32,000 nucleotides of DNA from Candidatus Baldrarchaeota archaeon (GCA_019056805.1 DXJG01000003.1:27712-59711), one strand, 5' to 3'. Counted from the stretch's first letter, positions 1-10,244 are shown. Numbers and translations are program-made. The notes: generated from the letters alone by a model not told the origin.

Positions 1-231
1 AAATCTGGCACCATGGTTATCCAGTTAGTTGGTAAGAGAACATGGTGGGACGAGGAACGGTTCTGGTGGTATGGTCAGTGGGTGATCCTAAGCGGCACAG
101 GCGAACTGGAGAACCTCCGCGGGCGAGGAACTTGGTGGGGACCAGGATATGAAGGTGTAGATGAAGAGATACCAGAGATACCAGGTGAAAGACCCGATAT
201 ATACTATGAGGGAGAGATACACTTTAATTAG
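1..231 (+). CDS. Hypothetical protein, C-terminal part (frame open from window start; ILSGTGELENLRGRG resembles DUF3224-like beta-barrel proteins)
   Basis: Frame 1 is open from base 1 to TAG at 229-231 and is followed by a T-rich tract near 299-309. The family resemblance is from memory of one motif only. Confidence 0.5.
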   Translation, partial: KSGTMVIQLVGKRTWWDEERFWWYGQWVILSGTGELENLRGRGTWWGPGYEGVDEEIPEIPGERPDIYYEGEIHFN

Positions 232-993
232 TAGGGAACAATCTTAGCTGGCCACGCAAGAGCATAAGTCTGGCTTTACTTAACAACCAGCCTAAACCTT
301 TTTTATTTTCGTAGATCTGCTACATTAGATTATAAATAGTGATGCAAAAAGATTTATCCTTTCTTAAAACGAATAATCAAAGTACCAGTTAAATACATGT
401 AGAGTTAGTTACGGCCCTTATTGCGCAGCGATGATTTGCTCTATGTCTTGCATGTTGCGGGGTTGAAGAGGCGTAATACATCTCGCCTTTGGCATGTCAG
501 TTTTGGATACTGTTCCTTGCCGACGCGAAATCACTTAATTTTTGAGGTAGCATGGTTTAGAGGTGAGATTGTTCGTTCGATTTGGTTGAAGACTGGGAAG
601 TTCTAGAGGAGTACGCTGGGGGATAAACAAGGGGTTTAAGCCCATTCCCATTGTCAAAAATGTGGATTATAAACATATATATGAATCTCGCTTCCTGTTT
701 GATCTCTGTTGCCAGATTCCTTGGATTGTTGAAAAATCTAGGAGAACGAAAAGTAACTTGTTATAGAGAATTATTAAATGTGGCTTTAAAATTTTATTAT
801 TCTTGTTGAGGTTTTGGTTTTCTTATTTGTTTTTACTGTAAAATAGGTTGATTATGACATGTGGATAAAGAAATTTGAATTTATGTTTGGTTATATCATT
901 TGCAAAAAGTGAAATTTTAAACTGGAATTTTTACTATCTTTTAACACCGCATATTACCATTGGAGGGATGTTCTCTAAGCTGTAAGTTAATGG

Positions 994-1006
994 GAAAATT
1001 TAAATA
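994..1006 (+). promoter_or_regulatory. Putative BRE/TATA promoter of the rps13 operon
   Basis: GAAAA followed by TTTAAATA (999-1006), about 44 nt upstream of the TTG start at 1050. Confidence 0.4.
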
Positions 1007-1049
1007 GTACTGGACTTTTCAATTGGATAGCCTTTTGGAGGTGCAGTTA

Positions 1050-1505
1050 TTGGTATCGAAGGAATATCGTCACGCAGTGAGAGTCGCTGGTGTAGACTTG
1101 AAAGGTACTATGAGTTTACTATATGGACTCACAGGAATTAAGGGAATTGGATTTAGGTTAGCTAAGGCTATAATTCAAGTTACCGGTTTAGATCCGAATA
1201 TGAAGGTCGGTTTCCTTACAGATAGAGATGTTAAAAAAATTGAAGAAGTACTTTCTAATCCTACCGAGTTTGGTATACCATCTTGGATGTTAAATCGCCG
1301 TAAAGATTATGCAACTGGTCAAGATATTCATTTAACTGGTTCAGATTTAGTTCTAACCATCAAAAGCGATATTGATCGTATGAAAAGCATTAAAAGTTGG
1401 AAGGGTATCAGACATGCACTTGGCTTAAAAGTTCGTGGACAACGCACCAGAACCACTGGTCGAGGTGGAAGAACGATCGGCGTAACAAAGAAGAAAAAGA
1501 AGTAG
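1050..1505 (+). CDS. rps13: 30S ribosomal protein S13
   Basis: VRVAGVDL, GIKGIG, RHALGLKVRGQRTRTTGR motifs. SD GGAGGTG precedes TTG at 1050 (ORF track starts at 1023). Confidence 0.97.
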   Translation: MVSKEYRHAVRVAGVDLKGTMSLLYGLTGIKGIGFRLAKAIIQVTGLDPNMKVGFLTDRDVKKIEEVLSNPTEFGIPSWMLNRRKDYATGQDIHLTGSDLVLTIKSDIDRMKSIKSWKGIRHALGLKVRGQRTRTTGRGGRTIGVTKKKKK

Positions 1506-1518
1506 TGGAGGTTAAACC

Positions 1519-2076
1519 ATGGGAGATCCGAAAAAACAAAGAAAAAAATACATTCCTCCGAAACATCCATGGCAGAAGGAACGCTTAGAGAGAGAATTAG
1601 CTATTGTAGGAAAATATGGTCTTAGGAATAAAAGAGAGTTATGGATACATCAAACTGAATTAAGAAAATATAGGCATAGAGCCCGTGAGATACTTGCTTT
1701 ACCTGAAGATATTAGAAAGAAGTATGAGGAGGAACTTATCAATAAATTATATAAAATGGGTGTTCTTCACGAAAACGCAACGCTTGATGATGTTTTAGGC
1801 TTAACCGTTGAAGATATCCTAGAAAGAAGATTACAAACACTTGTTTATAGAAAGGGATTAGCAAAGAGTATCTATCATGCTCGACAACTTGTTACTCATG
1901 GACATATTGCTATAAATGGTCGAAGAATAACCGCTCCATCCTATCTGGTTAGCAGAGAGGAAGAAGATCTTATTTCATATTTCCCTGCATCACCATATAA
2001 TGATCCAAAACATCCTGAAAGACCTCAAGCCACCCCAGAAGCCGCACCCGTAGAGGAGGCTACACAAAATGAGTAA
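1519..2076 (+). CDS. rps4: 30S ribosomal protein S4
   Basis: [54 protein letters not shown]. Confidence 0.98.
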   Translation: MGDPKKQRKKYIPPKHPWQKERLERELAIVGKYGLRNKRELWIHQTELRKYRHRAREILALPEDIRKKYEEELINKLYKMGVLHENATLDDVLGLTVEDILERRLQTLVYRKGLAKSIYHARQLVTHGHIAINGRRITAPSYLVSREEEDLISYFPASPYNDPKHPERPQATPEAAPVEEATQNE

Positions 2077-2470
2077 AGAAAAAAGGAAAACCAAATGGGG
2101 AGTAGCACACATCTACAGCTCTTACAATAATACAATTGTACATATCACAGATTTGACTGGTGCTGAAACAATCGCTATAGCTAGCGGTGGTATGATAGTT
2201 AAAGCGGATAGAGAAGAATCTTCACCATATGCAGCTATGCAAGCAGCATTCAGAGTAGCAGAAGCTGCAAAAGAAAAGGGTATAACCGCGATACACATCA
2301 AAGTAAGAGCACCCGGCGGACACGGACCAAGAAATCCAGGACCAGGAGCACAAGCAGCCATAAGAGCTTTAGCAAGATCAGGGTTAAGAATTGGTAGAAT
2401 AGAAGACGTAACACCAATACCACATGACGGAACCCGCCGCCCCGGTGGAAGAAGAGGAAGACGAGTCTAA
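2069..2470 (+). CDS. rps11: 30S ribosomal protein S11
   Basis: [61 protein letters not shown]. Confidence 0.98.
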   Translation: MSKEKRKTKWGVAHIYSSYNNTIVHITDLTGAETIAIASGGMIVKADREESSPYAAMQAAFRVAEAAKEKGITAIHIKVRAPGGHGPRNPGPGAQAAIRALARSGLRIGRIEDVTPIPHDGTRRPGGRRGRRV

Positions 2471-2501
2471 ACACGTATTTTTCACCCTTGGAGGAACTAA
2501 T

Positions 2502-3311
2502 ATGAATATCAGAATTTTGGAAAGAAGAGAAGAATTGATAAAATTTATTCTAGAAGATGTAGATGCGGCATTTGCAAACAGTTTAAGACGTATAATGATA
2601 GCTGAAGTACCAACTATGGCTATAGATGATGTTATAGTAATAGAAAACAGTTCACCTTTATTTGATGAAATAATTGCTCATAGACTTGGTCTAATTCCAC
2701 TTAAAACAGACCTAGATACCTATGTTCTTCCCGAAAAATGTGAATGTGGAGGAGAAGGTTGTGCGAATTGCCAAGTAGCCTTAACTCTAGAAGTTGAAGC
2801 AACCGATGGCCCTATGACGGTTTACTCAGGCCATCTAAAATCTCAAGACCCTAAAATTGTCCCTGTAAGTGAAAAAATCCCCATAGTTAAGCTAGCAAAA
2901 GGACAAAAACTTGTTTTGGAGGCATATGCCCGATTAGGACTTGGCAAGGAACATGCAAAATGGCAACCCGTATCCGCAGCCGCGTACAAATATTTACCCA
3001 TCATAAATCTTGATTATGAAAAATGTGATCAGTGTGGGGCTTGTGTAGAAGTTTGTCCAAGGGAAATCTTAACATTAAGGGATGGAGAACTTGTAATAGG
3101 AGATATATTCAATTGTAACTTATGTAAATCATGCGAAGAGGCATGCGACTTAGAGGCTATTAAAGTTTCATATGATAATAAAACCTTTATATTCATCATT
3201 GAAAGTACTGGTGCTTTACCTCCAGAAAGAATTTTAGAAGAAGCAGCAAAAATACTTACCGAAAAAGCTGAGCAATTAATTAAAGAGATGGAGAAAAATA
3301 GAGAAATATGA
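2502..3311 (+). CDS. rpoD: DNA-directed RNA polymerase subunit D (Rpo3) with Fe-S ferredoxin-like insert
   Basis: FANSLRRIMIAEVPTMAID, DEIIAHRLGLIPL, G.GKEHAKWQP, and two CxxCxxCxxxC motifs. SD GGAGG precedes ATG at 2502. Confidence 0.97.
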   Translation: MNIRILERREELIKFILEDVDAAFANSLRRIMIAEVPTMAIDDVIVIENSSPLFDEIIAHRLGLIPLKTDLDTYVLPEKCECGGEGCANCQVALTLEVEATDGPMTVYSGHLKSQDPKIVPVSEKIPIVKLAKGQKLVLEAYARLGLGKEHAKWQPVSAAAYKYLPIINLDYEKCDQCGACVEVCPREILTLRDGELVIGDIFNCNLCKSCEEACDLEAIKVSYDNKTFIFIIESTGALPPERILEEAAKILTEKAEQLIKEMEKNREI

Positions 3312-3321
3312 GGTGTAATCG

Positions 3322-3687
3322 ATGGTTCATCGTACAGGTCCAACCGATATAAACGTGAGAAAACTAATAAGAAAATTAAGAAAACAATCCAGAATAGAAC
3401 AAGTTAACATATGGCGTGATATTTCCGAAAGACTTCTAGGCCCTAGAAGACAAAGAGCAGAAGTTAATATTTCGAAAATAAATCGATACACCAAAGATGG
3501 TGATACAGTAATAGTTCCTGGGAAGGTTCTAGGAGCTGGTAAAATAGATCATAAGGTTTATGTTGCTGCATTATCATTTTCTGAAAACGCTCGAAAAAAA
3601 ATAGAAGCAGTTGGAGGAAAATGTTTAACAATCGAAGAACTCATACAAATGAATCCCAGAGGATCAAATGTAATAATTATGGAATGA
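3322..3687 (+). CDS. rpl18e: 50S ribosomal protein L18e
   Basis: [36 protein letters not shown]. Confidence 0.97.
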   Translation: MVHRTGPTDINVRKLIRKLRKQSRIEQVNIWRDISERLLGPRRQRAEVNISKINRYTKDGDTVIVPGKVLGAGKIDHKVYVAALSFSENARKKIEAVGGKCLTIEELIQMNPRGSNVIIME

Positions 3688-3697
3688 GGTAACAAAA

Positions 3698-4165
3698 ATG
3701 GCATCTGAAGAAATTAGGGTAATTGATGCAAGTAATGCAATACTCGGAAGACTTGCGAGCATAGTGGCTAAAAGATTACTCAACGGAGAAAAAATAGCTA
3801 TCATAAACGCTGAGAAAGCCATAATTTCAGGTAAATTTGATAGCATTATCGAAAAATATAAGGAATGGTTGAAAATTAGAACACATACAAACCCTAAAAA
3901 GGGACCATTCCATTATAGAAGGCCTGACAAACTTGTAAAACGAGTTATTCGAGGCATGTTACCCTGGAAGAACCCTCGTGGAAAACAAGCTTATAAAAGA
4001 CTTCGCGTTTATATAGGGGTTCCAGAAGAATTTAAGAACAAAGAAGTAGAGAGAGTTAAAGAAGTTGATGCCAGTAGACTCAGAGGAAGTTACATCACTA
4101 TATTTGAATTATCCCAACTCATAGGTTGGAATCCACCTAAAAACCTAGTTATGGAGGAACAATGA
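3698..4165 (+). CDS. rpl13: 50S ribosomal protein L13
   Basis: [51 protein letters not shown]. Confidence 0.97.
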   Translation: MASEEIRVIDASNAILGRLASIVAKRLLNGEKIAIINAEKAIISGKFDSIIEKYKEWLKIRTHTNPKKGPFHYRRPDKLVKRVIRGMLPWKNPRGKQAYKRLRVYIGVPEEFKNKEVERVKEVDASRLRGSYITIFELSQLIGWNPPKNLVMEEQ

Positions 4166-4166
4166 A

Positions 4167-4571
4167 ATGGCTAAAATTCTCCTTGCGAGTGGTAAAAGAA
4201 AAACAGCAATAGCCAGAGCTGTCATAAGAGAAGGAAAGGGAAGAATAAGAATCAACAAAATACCTCTCGAAATTTATCAACCTGAACTGGCAAGATGGAA
4301 AATTATGGAACCCATACTTTTAGCAGGTGACGATATTATAAGTAAAATAGATATAGATGTCAAAGTAGAAGGTGGAGGAGTCATGGGACAAGCTGAAGCT
4401 GCAAGAATGGCAATTGCACGAGCCCTGCTTGAATGGACAGGGGACTCGACATTAAGAAAAAAGTTCATAGAGTATGATAGAACAATGATTGTAGGAGATC
4501 CTAGAAGAACAGAGCCCAAAAAATTTGGAGGTAGAAGCGCGAGAGCTAGAAGACAAAAGTCTTACAGATAA
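4167..4571 (+). CDS. rps9: 30S ribosomal protein S9
   Basis: [53 protein letters not shown]. Confidence 0.98.
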   Translation: MAKILLASGKRKTAIARAVIREGKGRIRINKIPLEIYQPELARWKIMEPILLAGDDIISKIDIDVKVEGGGVMGQAEAARMAIARALLEWTGDSTLRKKFIEYDRTMIVGDPRRTEPKKFGGRSARARRQKSYR

Positions 4572-4780
4572 CCTATTACATTCCTAATTTTAATTGTAAT
4601 GTCATTACTCTTCAGAAAATTATCAGATCAGAACTTTATATCAGCTAGTAATTCACTTAAAACATTCGATACAAAAGCAATGTTTAAATAATTTTTTCTT
4701 TTAGTTCTATGTACACATGGAGGTGGCTAAACAAGCCATTAAAACCATTTTGAGTCTAAAATGTTAAGAGGTGTATTTAT

Positions 4781-5022
4781 GTGATAATCCCGGTCCGATA
4801 CTGGCGCTCCAATTGAGCTTAGATGGGGCGCCAGCGGAAAGCTTTACATGCGGGAAATTAATCGCTGATAAGTGGGAAGAATTTGCACGACGTGTAAGAC
4901 AAGGCGAAGATCCAAAACAAGTATTAGACGACTTAGGCATTAAACGATATTGTTGTAGAAGAATGCTTCTCAGCCACGTAGACCTAATAGATGAAATCTT
5001 AGATTTTAGCCTACCCACCTAG
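4781..5022 (+). CDS. rpoN: DNA-directed RNA polymerase subunit N (Rpo10), spliced: join(4781..4799,4841..5022), 66 aa
   Basis: SD GAGGTG (4768-4773) and GTG at 4781. Exon 1 encodes MIIPVR plus T; exon 2 begins GC TTT ACA TGC. The join gives [18 protein letters not shown]...[11 protein letters not shown], the canonical Rpo10 with a Zn-binding CxxC and CC. The ORF-track call at 4771 reads through the intron and lacks the first Cys. Confidence 0.93.
4800..4840 (+). other. 41-nt BHB-type intron in rpoN pre-mRNA
   Basis: Central helix UCCG(4794-97)/CGGA(4835-38), 3-nt bulges AUA(4798-4800) and AAG(4839-41), 11-bp inner stem CUGGCGCUCCA/UGGGGCGCCAG (one G-U). Cleavage after the 2nd nt of each bulge restores the Cys codon T|GC. 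Unspliced frame stops at TGA 4814-4816. Confidence 0.9.
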
Positions 5023-5097
5023 ATACGAAAACTTTTTATTGCAAAAATTTGTTTCTTTTCGCACCCTATATATTTAGTTATCCTATGGAGGGTTTAA

Positions 5098-5721
5098 ATG
5101 AGCGAAGAAGTCGTTGAAGACTTATTAATTCCACTTGAACAATATCTAGCAGCAGGTATTCACATCGGTACTAGAATTAAAACAAGATCAATGGCTGATT
5201 TCGTATACAGAGTTAGACCTGACGGTCTTTATGTATTAGATGTTAGAAAAACAGATGAAAGAATTAGAATAGCTGCAAAAATGTTAGCCAGATACGAACC
5301 ACATAGAATTCTTGTTGCATCAGCCAGACAGTATGGACAAAAACCCGCTAGAAAATTTGCCGAGCTCATCGGGGCTCACGCCATAGTGGGCAGATTTGTA
5401 CCTGGAACATTAACGAATCCCGCCTATCCAGGATACTTAGAACCCAGTATACTCATGGTTACAGACCCTAGAGCGGATAGACAAGCAGTTAGCGAAGCAA
5501 TAGAAGCTAGAATACCCGTAGTAGCACTTTGCGACACGGATAACATTACCGCAAATGTAGACTTAGTTATACCCACAAATAATAAAGGACGTAAAGCACT
5601 AGCCCTTATATACTGGCTATTAACTCGCCAAGTCTTAAGAGAAAGAGGAGAAATACCGCCAGATGGAGAGCTTCCTACACCCATCGAAGAATTTGAAACA
5701 AAAATTATCCTTAAAACCTAA
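5098..5721 (+). CDS. rps2: 30S ribosomal protein S2
   Basis: [67 protein letters not shown]. Confidence 0.98.
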   Translation: MSEEVVEDLLIPLEQYLAAGIHIGTRIKTRSMADFVYRVRPDGLYVLDVRKTDERIRIAAKMLARYEPHRILVASARQYGQKPARKFAELIGAHAIVGRFVPGTLTNPAYPGYLEPSILMVTDPRADRQAVSEAIEARIPVVALCDTDNITANVDLVIPTNNKGRKALALIYWLLTRQVLRERGEIPPDGELPTPIEEFETKIILKT

Positions 5722-6030
5722 TTAACACTATCGAATTACTACCTATCCATGTATAGTTTCGTTCTTTTTTTAAGAAAGCAAGAACTGGTAAAATAATTTT
5801 CATTAAAAACATTCACAAACACATTTGAGAATATACTTACGCACCTATAAGAAATAATATTGCCAATTTCTCGAGAAACTGCTGTAATATAAATTTTCTC
5901 AACTAAAAATATGTACTTTTCTTTTTCTTCATTTTTCATAGCTTAGTTAAAATACGATTCATTTTTAAATTAATTATAGCCTAATTTCAGCATATAACCA
6001 TAATAAAATCTGACAAGAGGACGTATTAAC

Positions 6031-7011
6031 ATGTTGAATAAGGTTGTAGCTTCTGCTCCCGGTAAAGTTATCCTCTACGGGGAGCATAGCGTTGTTTACG
6101 GTGAACCAGCCATAGCCATAGCTTTATCAAAAAGAGCATATACAACAGTTTATCCTCTAAATACATCAACGATAGAAATCAATGCAGTAAATTACGGAAT
6201 AAAAGCAGAATTCCCTCAAGAAAGAAAAAAGATAGATCTAAAACGCAAAAAACTTAAAATTTTACAACCAATCTGGGAAGCATGTCTCCAAGTCCTAGAA
6301 TACACAAATACCAAACAAGGCTTAAAATTAAGAATAGAATCCGAAATTCCCAGAGGAGCAGGACTCGGATCCTCTGCCGCAGTAGCAGTATCAACAATCA
6401 TGGCCGTTAGTACATTGATTGGAGCAAAATTCCCTTTACAAATAATTTCAAAATTAGCTTATGAAGCTGAAAAAATAGTTCACGAAACTCCAAGTGGTAT
6501 AGATAATACAATAGCTACATTTGGAGGGGCAGTCCTCTTTCAAAAAGGAAATATCACAAAAATAAATGTAAAAGAAAACATTCCACTAGTGATCGGAGAC
6601 ACTGGAATAGAAAGAGTAACTAAACAACTTGTATTAAAAGTTAAATCCCTTAAAGAAAAATACAATGACATTATAACGTCAGTAATCAAAAGTATTGGCT
6701 TAATAATACCCAAAGCATTAAAAGCACTAAATGAAGGAGATCTACTAACACTCGGAGAGTTAATGAACATCAACCAAGGACTACTAGATGCATTAGGAGT
6801 CTCAACAAGAGAAATAGCTAAATTAATCTACGCAGCAAGAACTGCCGGCGCATATGGAGCAAAACTCACCGGCGCTGGAGGCGGAGGATGTATCATAGCA
6901 TTAACCTCGCCAGAAAAACAGAAAAAAGTCGCAGAGGCAATAGAAAATGAGGGTGGAAAACCCTTAATAACAAAAATTTCCATAAAAGGGGTCAAAATTG
7001 AAGAAAAATAA
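6031..7011 (+). CDS. mvk: Mevalonate kinase
   Basis: APGKVILYGEHSVVYG, GHMP motif IPRGAGLGSSAA, PSGIDN, GAKLTGAGGGG. Confidence 0.95.
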   Translation: MLNKVVASAPGKVILYGEHSVVYGEPAIAIALSKRAYTTVYPLNTSTIEINAVNYGIKAEFPQERKKIDLKRKKLKILQPIWEACLQVLEYTNTKQGLKLRIESEIPRGAGLGSSAAVAVSTIMAVSTLIGAKFPLQIISKLAYEAEKIVHETPSGIDNTIATFGGAVLFQKGNITKINVKENIPLVIGDTGIERVTKQLVLKVKSLKEKYNDIITSVIKSIGLIIPKALKALNEGDLLTLGELMNINQGLLDALGVSTREIAKLIYAARTAGAYGAKLTGAGGGGCIIALTSPEKQKKVAEAIENEGGKPLITKISIKGVKIEEK

Positions 7012-7795
7012 CTTTGTAATTCTTAAATTTGGAGGTAGTGTAATTACAGATAAAGAAAAACCTTTCAAGGCAAGAGTAAATGTAATAGATCGATTAGCAA
7101 GGGAAGTATCTGAATACGAAGGAAAAATGATAATTATACACGGCGGAGGTTCATTCGGACATCCTGTTGCCCATAAATATAAGATAAAAGACGGCTATAA
7201 GGAGAAACAACAACTTATTGGGTTCGCGAAAACCCATTCAGCAATGCAAAAGTTAAATATTATAGTTACACAACGATTAATTAAATACGGTGTCCCAGCG
7301 GTTTCTGTACCTCCTGTTTCAACAACCCTTAGCCAGGATGGGATCATAAAAAAACTAGAATGTGAAACAATAGAACGAATGCTAAACATAGGACTCATCC
7401 CGGTTCTCTATGGGGATACAGTACTTGACATGAACATGGGATTTACAATAGTTTCGGGAGATCAAATAGCATCCCATTTATCTATAAAATTCAATGCAGC
7501 ACAACTAATTTTTGTTCTAGACGTAGACGGCTTATTTACAGACGATCCTCGTAAAACTCCCGAAAAAGCAAAATTAATAGAAGAAATTGATGTCCAATCT
7601 CTTAAAAAAACAACAAATATCTTTGAAAGAAAGGGAGGAATTGATGTTACAGGTGGAATAGCTGAAAAAGTTAAGTGGATAATACCTGTAGCTGAAAAGG
7701 GAATACCCGTTATTTTATTAAATGGTAATGTTCCTGGAAGACTTAAAAAAGCACTAACAGGAGTAAAAACGGTCGGAACTTACATTCACGGTTAA
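6998..7795 (+). CDS. ipk: Isopentenyl phosphate kinase
   Basis: ILKFGGSVITDK, IHGGGSFGHPVA, PVLYGD, VSGDQI, DVTGGI (amino-acid-kinase fold). Lies between mvk and fni. Confidence 0.93.
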   Translation: MKKNNFVILKFGGSVITDKEKPFKARVNVIDRLAREVSEYEGKMIIIHGGGSFGHPVAHKYKIKDGYKEKQQLIGFAKTHSAMQKLNIIVTQRLIKYGVPAVSVPPVSTTLSQDGIIKKLECETIERMLNIGLIPVLYGDTVLDMNMGFTIVSGDQIASHLSIKFNAAQLIFVLDVDGLFTDDPRKTPEKAKLIEEIDVQSLKKTTNIFERKGGIDVTGGIAEKVKWIIPVAEKGIPVILLNGNVPGRLKKALTGVKTVGTYIHG

Positions 7796-7822
7796 AATTT
7801 GAAATAAAAAGGTGAAGTATAC

Positions 7823-8998
7823 ATGACTGATGCAATAAAGGGAAACAAGCAAAGTTGTCGTATAAATCGGGAAAGTGAAATAACTGAAGGAAGAAAAATA
7901 GAACATATACTTATTTGCTTATCAAAAGATGTTATAGCAAAAGAAAAAACCACAGGACTTGAAGATGTTGAATTTGTTCATGTTTCTCTTCCCGAAATAA
8001 ATAAAACTGACGTAGACACATCAATTAAACTTTTAGGCCACGAATTGGCAGCTCCAATAGTTATTGCAGCTATGACAGGGGGACACCCCAAAGCGGCCAA
8101 AATTAACGCAACGTTGGCAGAGGCTGCTCAGAAACTAAATATAGCTATGGGAGTGGGGAGTCAAAGAGCTGCCTTAGAGGACTCTTCCCTAGAATACACC
8201 TATTCCATAGCACGAGAAAAAGCTCCTGACATTCTTCTAATAGGAAATATAGGAGCACCACAAATATTAGAGGAAAATAGAATCGAAAATATTAGAAAAA
8301 TAATAGAAATGATAGATGCAGATGCTGTAGCAATACACCTCAACGCTCTTCAAGAAGCAATTCAACCAGAGGGAGAAGCCACATTTAAAGGAGTAGTTTC
8401 AGCTATCAAAGACATAGTAGAAAAAATAGAAGTACCTATAATAGCTAAAGAAACTGGCGCTGGTTTTGCAAGAGAGGAAGCAAGATCTCTAGAGAAAATC
8501 GGCGTAAAAGCAATCGATGTAGGAGGAACCGGAGGCACAAGTTGGGCAGCTGTTGAAACTTATAGAGCTGAAAGTCGTGGAATGCATTTTGCTGCAAGTA
8601 TAGGTAAGACATTTTGGGACTGGGGAATCCCCACAACTATAAGTACGATTGAAACAGCTTTTTTCACAAACAACATTGAAATTATAGCAACAGGAGGAGT
8701 TAGAACAGGTCTAGATGCAGCAAAATTAATCTCACTTGGTGCCAATGCTGTAGGTATATCTCTACCACTACTAAAACCCGCATATGAAGGAAAGGTAGAA
8801 AAACTAATTCAAATTCTACAGAAAGTTATCGAAGAACTTAAAATAGCTATGTTTCTTGTTGGAGCTTCTAAAATAGATGACCTAAAAAAGGCCGACATAA
8901 TAATTATGGGAAGAACAGCTGAATGGTTAAAAGCTAGAGGCTTTGATGTAACAATATTTGCAAACAGGAGAAAGCAACAAATGGAGAAAATAAAATGA
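7823..8998 (+). CDS. fni: Type 2 isopentenyl-diphosphate delta-isomerase (FMN-dependent)
   Basis: RKIEH, AMTGG, GVGSQR, HLNALQEAIQPEG, KETGAG, GGTGGTSW, WDWGIPT, ATGGVRTGLD. Confidence 0.96.
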   Translation: MTDAIKGNKQSCRINRESEITEGRKIEHILICLSKDVIAKEKTTGLEDVEFVHVSLPEINKTDVDTSIKLLGHELAAPIVIAAMTGGHPKAAKINATLAEAAQKLNIAMGVGSQRAALEDSSLEYTYSIAREKAPDILLIGNIGAPQILEENRIENIRKIIEMIDADAVAIHLNALQEAIQPEGEATFKGVVSAIKDIVEKIEVPIIAKETGAGFAREEARSLEKIGVKAIDVGGTGGTSWAAVETYRAESRGMHFAASIGKTFWDWGIPTTISTIETAFFTNNIEIIATGGVRTGLDAAKLISLGANAVGISLPLLKPAYEGKVEKLIQILQKVIEELKIAMFLVGASKIDDLKKADIIIMGRTAEWLKARGFDVTIFANRRKQQMEKIK

Positions 8999-9495
8999 AA
9001 ATACCACAAGTATATGTCGAAATACCACAAATAGAATTCGAAAAATACATTGAAAAGGGAAAGGCAAAAACAAATCTAGTTGTTATTTTACCTGAAAAGA
9101 AAATAGAAATGTGGATAAACAAAGGAGAAGATATTCCAGACATGAAAAATGTTAAGGTTCTAATTCAAAAGATTTATGATACAGCTCATCAGGAAATATT
9201 CGATTTAGAGAAAGGAGAGGTAAAAAAGGACTGTATCATTATTTATCCAGACAGGAGAACACAAATTAGGTTGAAAAAAGGAGACAGAGTAGCAATAGTT
9301 GAAGCAAAAGGTTATATAGTTCAACCATATGCCGAACTAGGCAACAGAGTATTTAAGGAACTTCAACTTGCAGCAATAATTACAAAAAAGGGTGAAATAC
9401 GCTACGTGAGATCCCCAATAAGAGGGACCGTAATATACGTAGCGGAATTACATCAAAAGCCCCAAACAATAATTTTCTTTATATTCCCCGAATAA
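8995..9495 (+). CDS. DUF2118-like protein
   Basis: MKIPQVYVE N-terminus and C-terminal G.RV...LAAIITKKGEIRYVRSPIRGTVIY hairpin-barrel pattern. ATGA overlap with fni. Confidence 0.7.
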   Translation: MKIPQVYVEIPQIEFEKYIEKGKAKTNLVVILPEKKIEMWINKGEDIPDMKNVKVLIQKIYDTAHQEIFDLEKGEVKKDCIIIYPDRRTQIRLKKGDRVAIVEAKGYIVQPYAELGNRVFKELQLAAIITKKGEIRYVRSPIRGTVIYVAELHQKPQTIIFFIFPE

Positions 9496-9591
9496 ACCTA
9501 TTGGCGCATTTTGAATCTAAAATAATCTCTCTGCAGGTGAAAATTACACCTTACTGTCATTGTGACTTATAAAAAGAAATAACACTCATGT

Positions 9592-9780
9592 TCATTCCTT
9601 TTTCCATCGCAACGTCCATTTCAATTTTCTTGGATCTCTTTTCATCTCTATTAAGGACTTTCTGCACTTACTTGAACAGAACCAATATACCGTACCATCA
9701 TTTTTAACGTACATCATTCCAGTTCCAGGTTCAATATCTCCTCCGCAAAAAGAACATTTTTGAACCTTTACCATAGTCAT
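9592..9780 (-). CDS. rpl24e: 50S ribosomal protein L24e
   Basis: [21 protein letters not shown]...[15 protein letters not shown]. Confidence 0.97.
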   Translation of the reverse strand: MTMVKVQKCSFCGGDIEPGTGMMYVKNDGTVYWFCSSKCRKSLIEMKRDPRKLKWTLRWKKE

Positions 9781-9784
9781 CCCC

Positions 9785-10003
9785 TTATCTTACAACTATC
9801 TTTCTAGCTTCTCTTTCAGTTTCCCTTAACATTAAGATGTCCCCTAGTCTAACGGGGCCCTTTACATTCCTTGTAAGAATCCTATTTTTATCTCTTCCTT
9901 CTAATATTCTGACTCTAACCTGCGTGATTTCTCCAGTAACACCAGTACGACCAATAATTTGAATAACTTCCGCGGGGGTTCCTCTATCTACCTCTGAACT
10001 CAT
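9785..10003 (-). CDS. rps28e: 30S ribosomal protein S28e
   Basis: [46 protein letters not shown]. Confidence 0.98.
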   Translation of the reverse strand: MSSEVDRGTPAEVIQIIGRTGVTGEITQVRVRILEGRDKNRILTRNVKGPVRLGDILMLRETEREARKIVVR

Positions 10004-10244
10004 GAAGACACCTCCAACACAAGCAGTTCCATGAATACTTTAGTTCCCATACGTGTCATGATACGTTTTTAGTTTTTAAATATAAGTTGCTGGCAACTAT
10101 TTTACTTCATTATCTTTTTAAATTTACTGTCAAATATCCGCAAAAGGATAGTGCCCTATTAAAGGTAAAATCGAAAAATTCATAAATAAACTGTAGTATC
10201 CATAAACCGCCGATGAGAAATGACGATACCGGAGGGAGGCTTCA

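Noticed and set aside
400-780. ORF 421..606 and possible decayed gene or ncRNA upstream of rps13
   Set aside because: No recognisable motifs. Fragments such as VEDWEVLEEYAG look protein-like but are broken by stops, and I cannot assign them. No tRNA, RNase P or C/D structure found.
4800-4840. Hairpin inserts (here and in infB) as amplification or assembly fold-back artefacts
   Set aside because: Fold-back chimeras duplicate flanking genomic sequence. These stems are self-contained, one has a G-U wobble, and both pair with exons in exact BHB register. Read-level confirmation is still advisable.
4771-5022. 83-aa RpoN starting at GTG 4771
   Set aside because: That start overlaps the SD, gives a non-homologous N-terminus and lacks the first Zn-binding Cys. 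The canonical MIIPVR lies in another frame from 4781.
5739-5939. 66-aa minus-strand ORF between rps2 and mvk
   Set aside because: AT-rich, no recognisable motif or clear SD. Could be a chance ORF.
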